Shown piece by piece: positions 63,571-64,000 of a stretch of DNA of 64,000 nucleotides. How positions within the stretch are numbered: the first letter of the stretch is position 1; the number at the start of each line of letters is the position of its first letter. Under the pieces are notes generated by a model that saw only the letters and a program-made list of their open reading frames with translations, searched no databases and had not been told where the DNA came from. The stretch comes from Heterodontus francisci (taxonomy: Eukaryota), in the NCBI RefSeq assembly GCF_036365525.1, contig NC_090404.1, positions 6,944,001 through 7,008,000 of the forward strand, given 5' to 3'. A program made the position numbers and the translations under genes.

Positions 63571-64000
63571 TGGACGGTTTTAAGGTACAGATCAGCCAGT
63601 GTCCACTTGGATGGCTGAGCAGGCTCAAGGGCCAAATGGCCTGTTCTTTTTCTTCTGTTTCTATTACTGCCCTCTAGTCACATGGTCTTCTGACTCCAGA
63701 CTGACATATGAGGAGTTCTCACTCATGACATACATCAGAAAACTGCCTTTCACCGTTATTGCTAATTATTCCCCACCTCAAAAAGATTCCACAGAATTGC
63801 ACTTTCCCGGCTTTTGCCCCTCCTCTGATTGGTTGCTGCATATTTTCATCCTCCCAAATATCGTGAGAAGGCGCTGGAAAATTAACGTTCTTCCCTGTTG
63901 GGTCTAAAATCCGGAATTCCATTTGACACTCGTTTTGAGCCAGTATGAATTCTATGTCTAGCTCGTGTCCTTGGGTGACAGGTGCATTATATTCAGCGGA

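Overview
Eukaryotic genomic DNA from a cartilaginous fish. The Ig proteins closely match the horn shark (Heterodontus) IgM sequences as I remember them; the species call is an inference. The window holds two IgM heavy-chain mini-loci (clusters) arranged head-to-head, about 44 kb apart ATG to ATG. They form the arms of an old inverted duplication (~1-17090 vs ~47304-62195). Cluster A (minus strand) is an unrearranged L-V-D1-D2-J-CH1 cluster with open frames and a full 23/12-22/12-12/23 RSS set; its CH2 should lie just outside the window. Cluster B (plus strand) is germline-joined: V, D1 and D2 are already fused with a RAG-type junction, while J is still separate and retains a 12/23 RSS pair. 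Cluster B is a pseudogene (stop in V FR2; stop and Cys loss in CH1). The ~30 kb spacer contains a 27-bp satellite in both orientations, a 34-bp minisatellite, many CR1-type LINE fragments, V-SINEs and DeuSINEs, a Penelope-like element with degenerate hammerhead motifs, a CR1-disrupted C2H2 zinc-finger pseudogene and several weaker remnants. A 128-nt assembly gap lies at 12560-12687. Repeat boundaries are by-eye estimates; Ig exon and RSS coordinates were counted directly.
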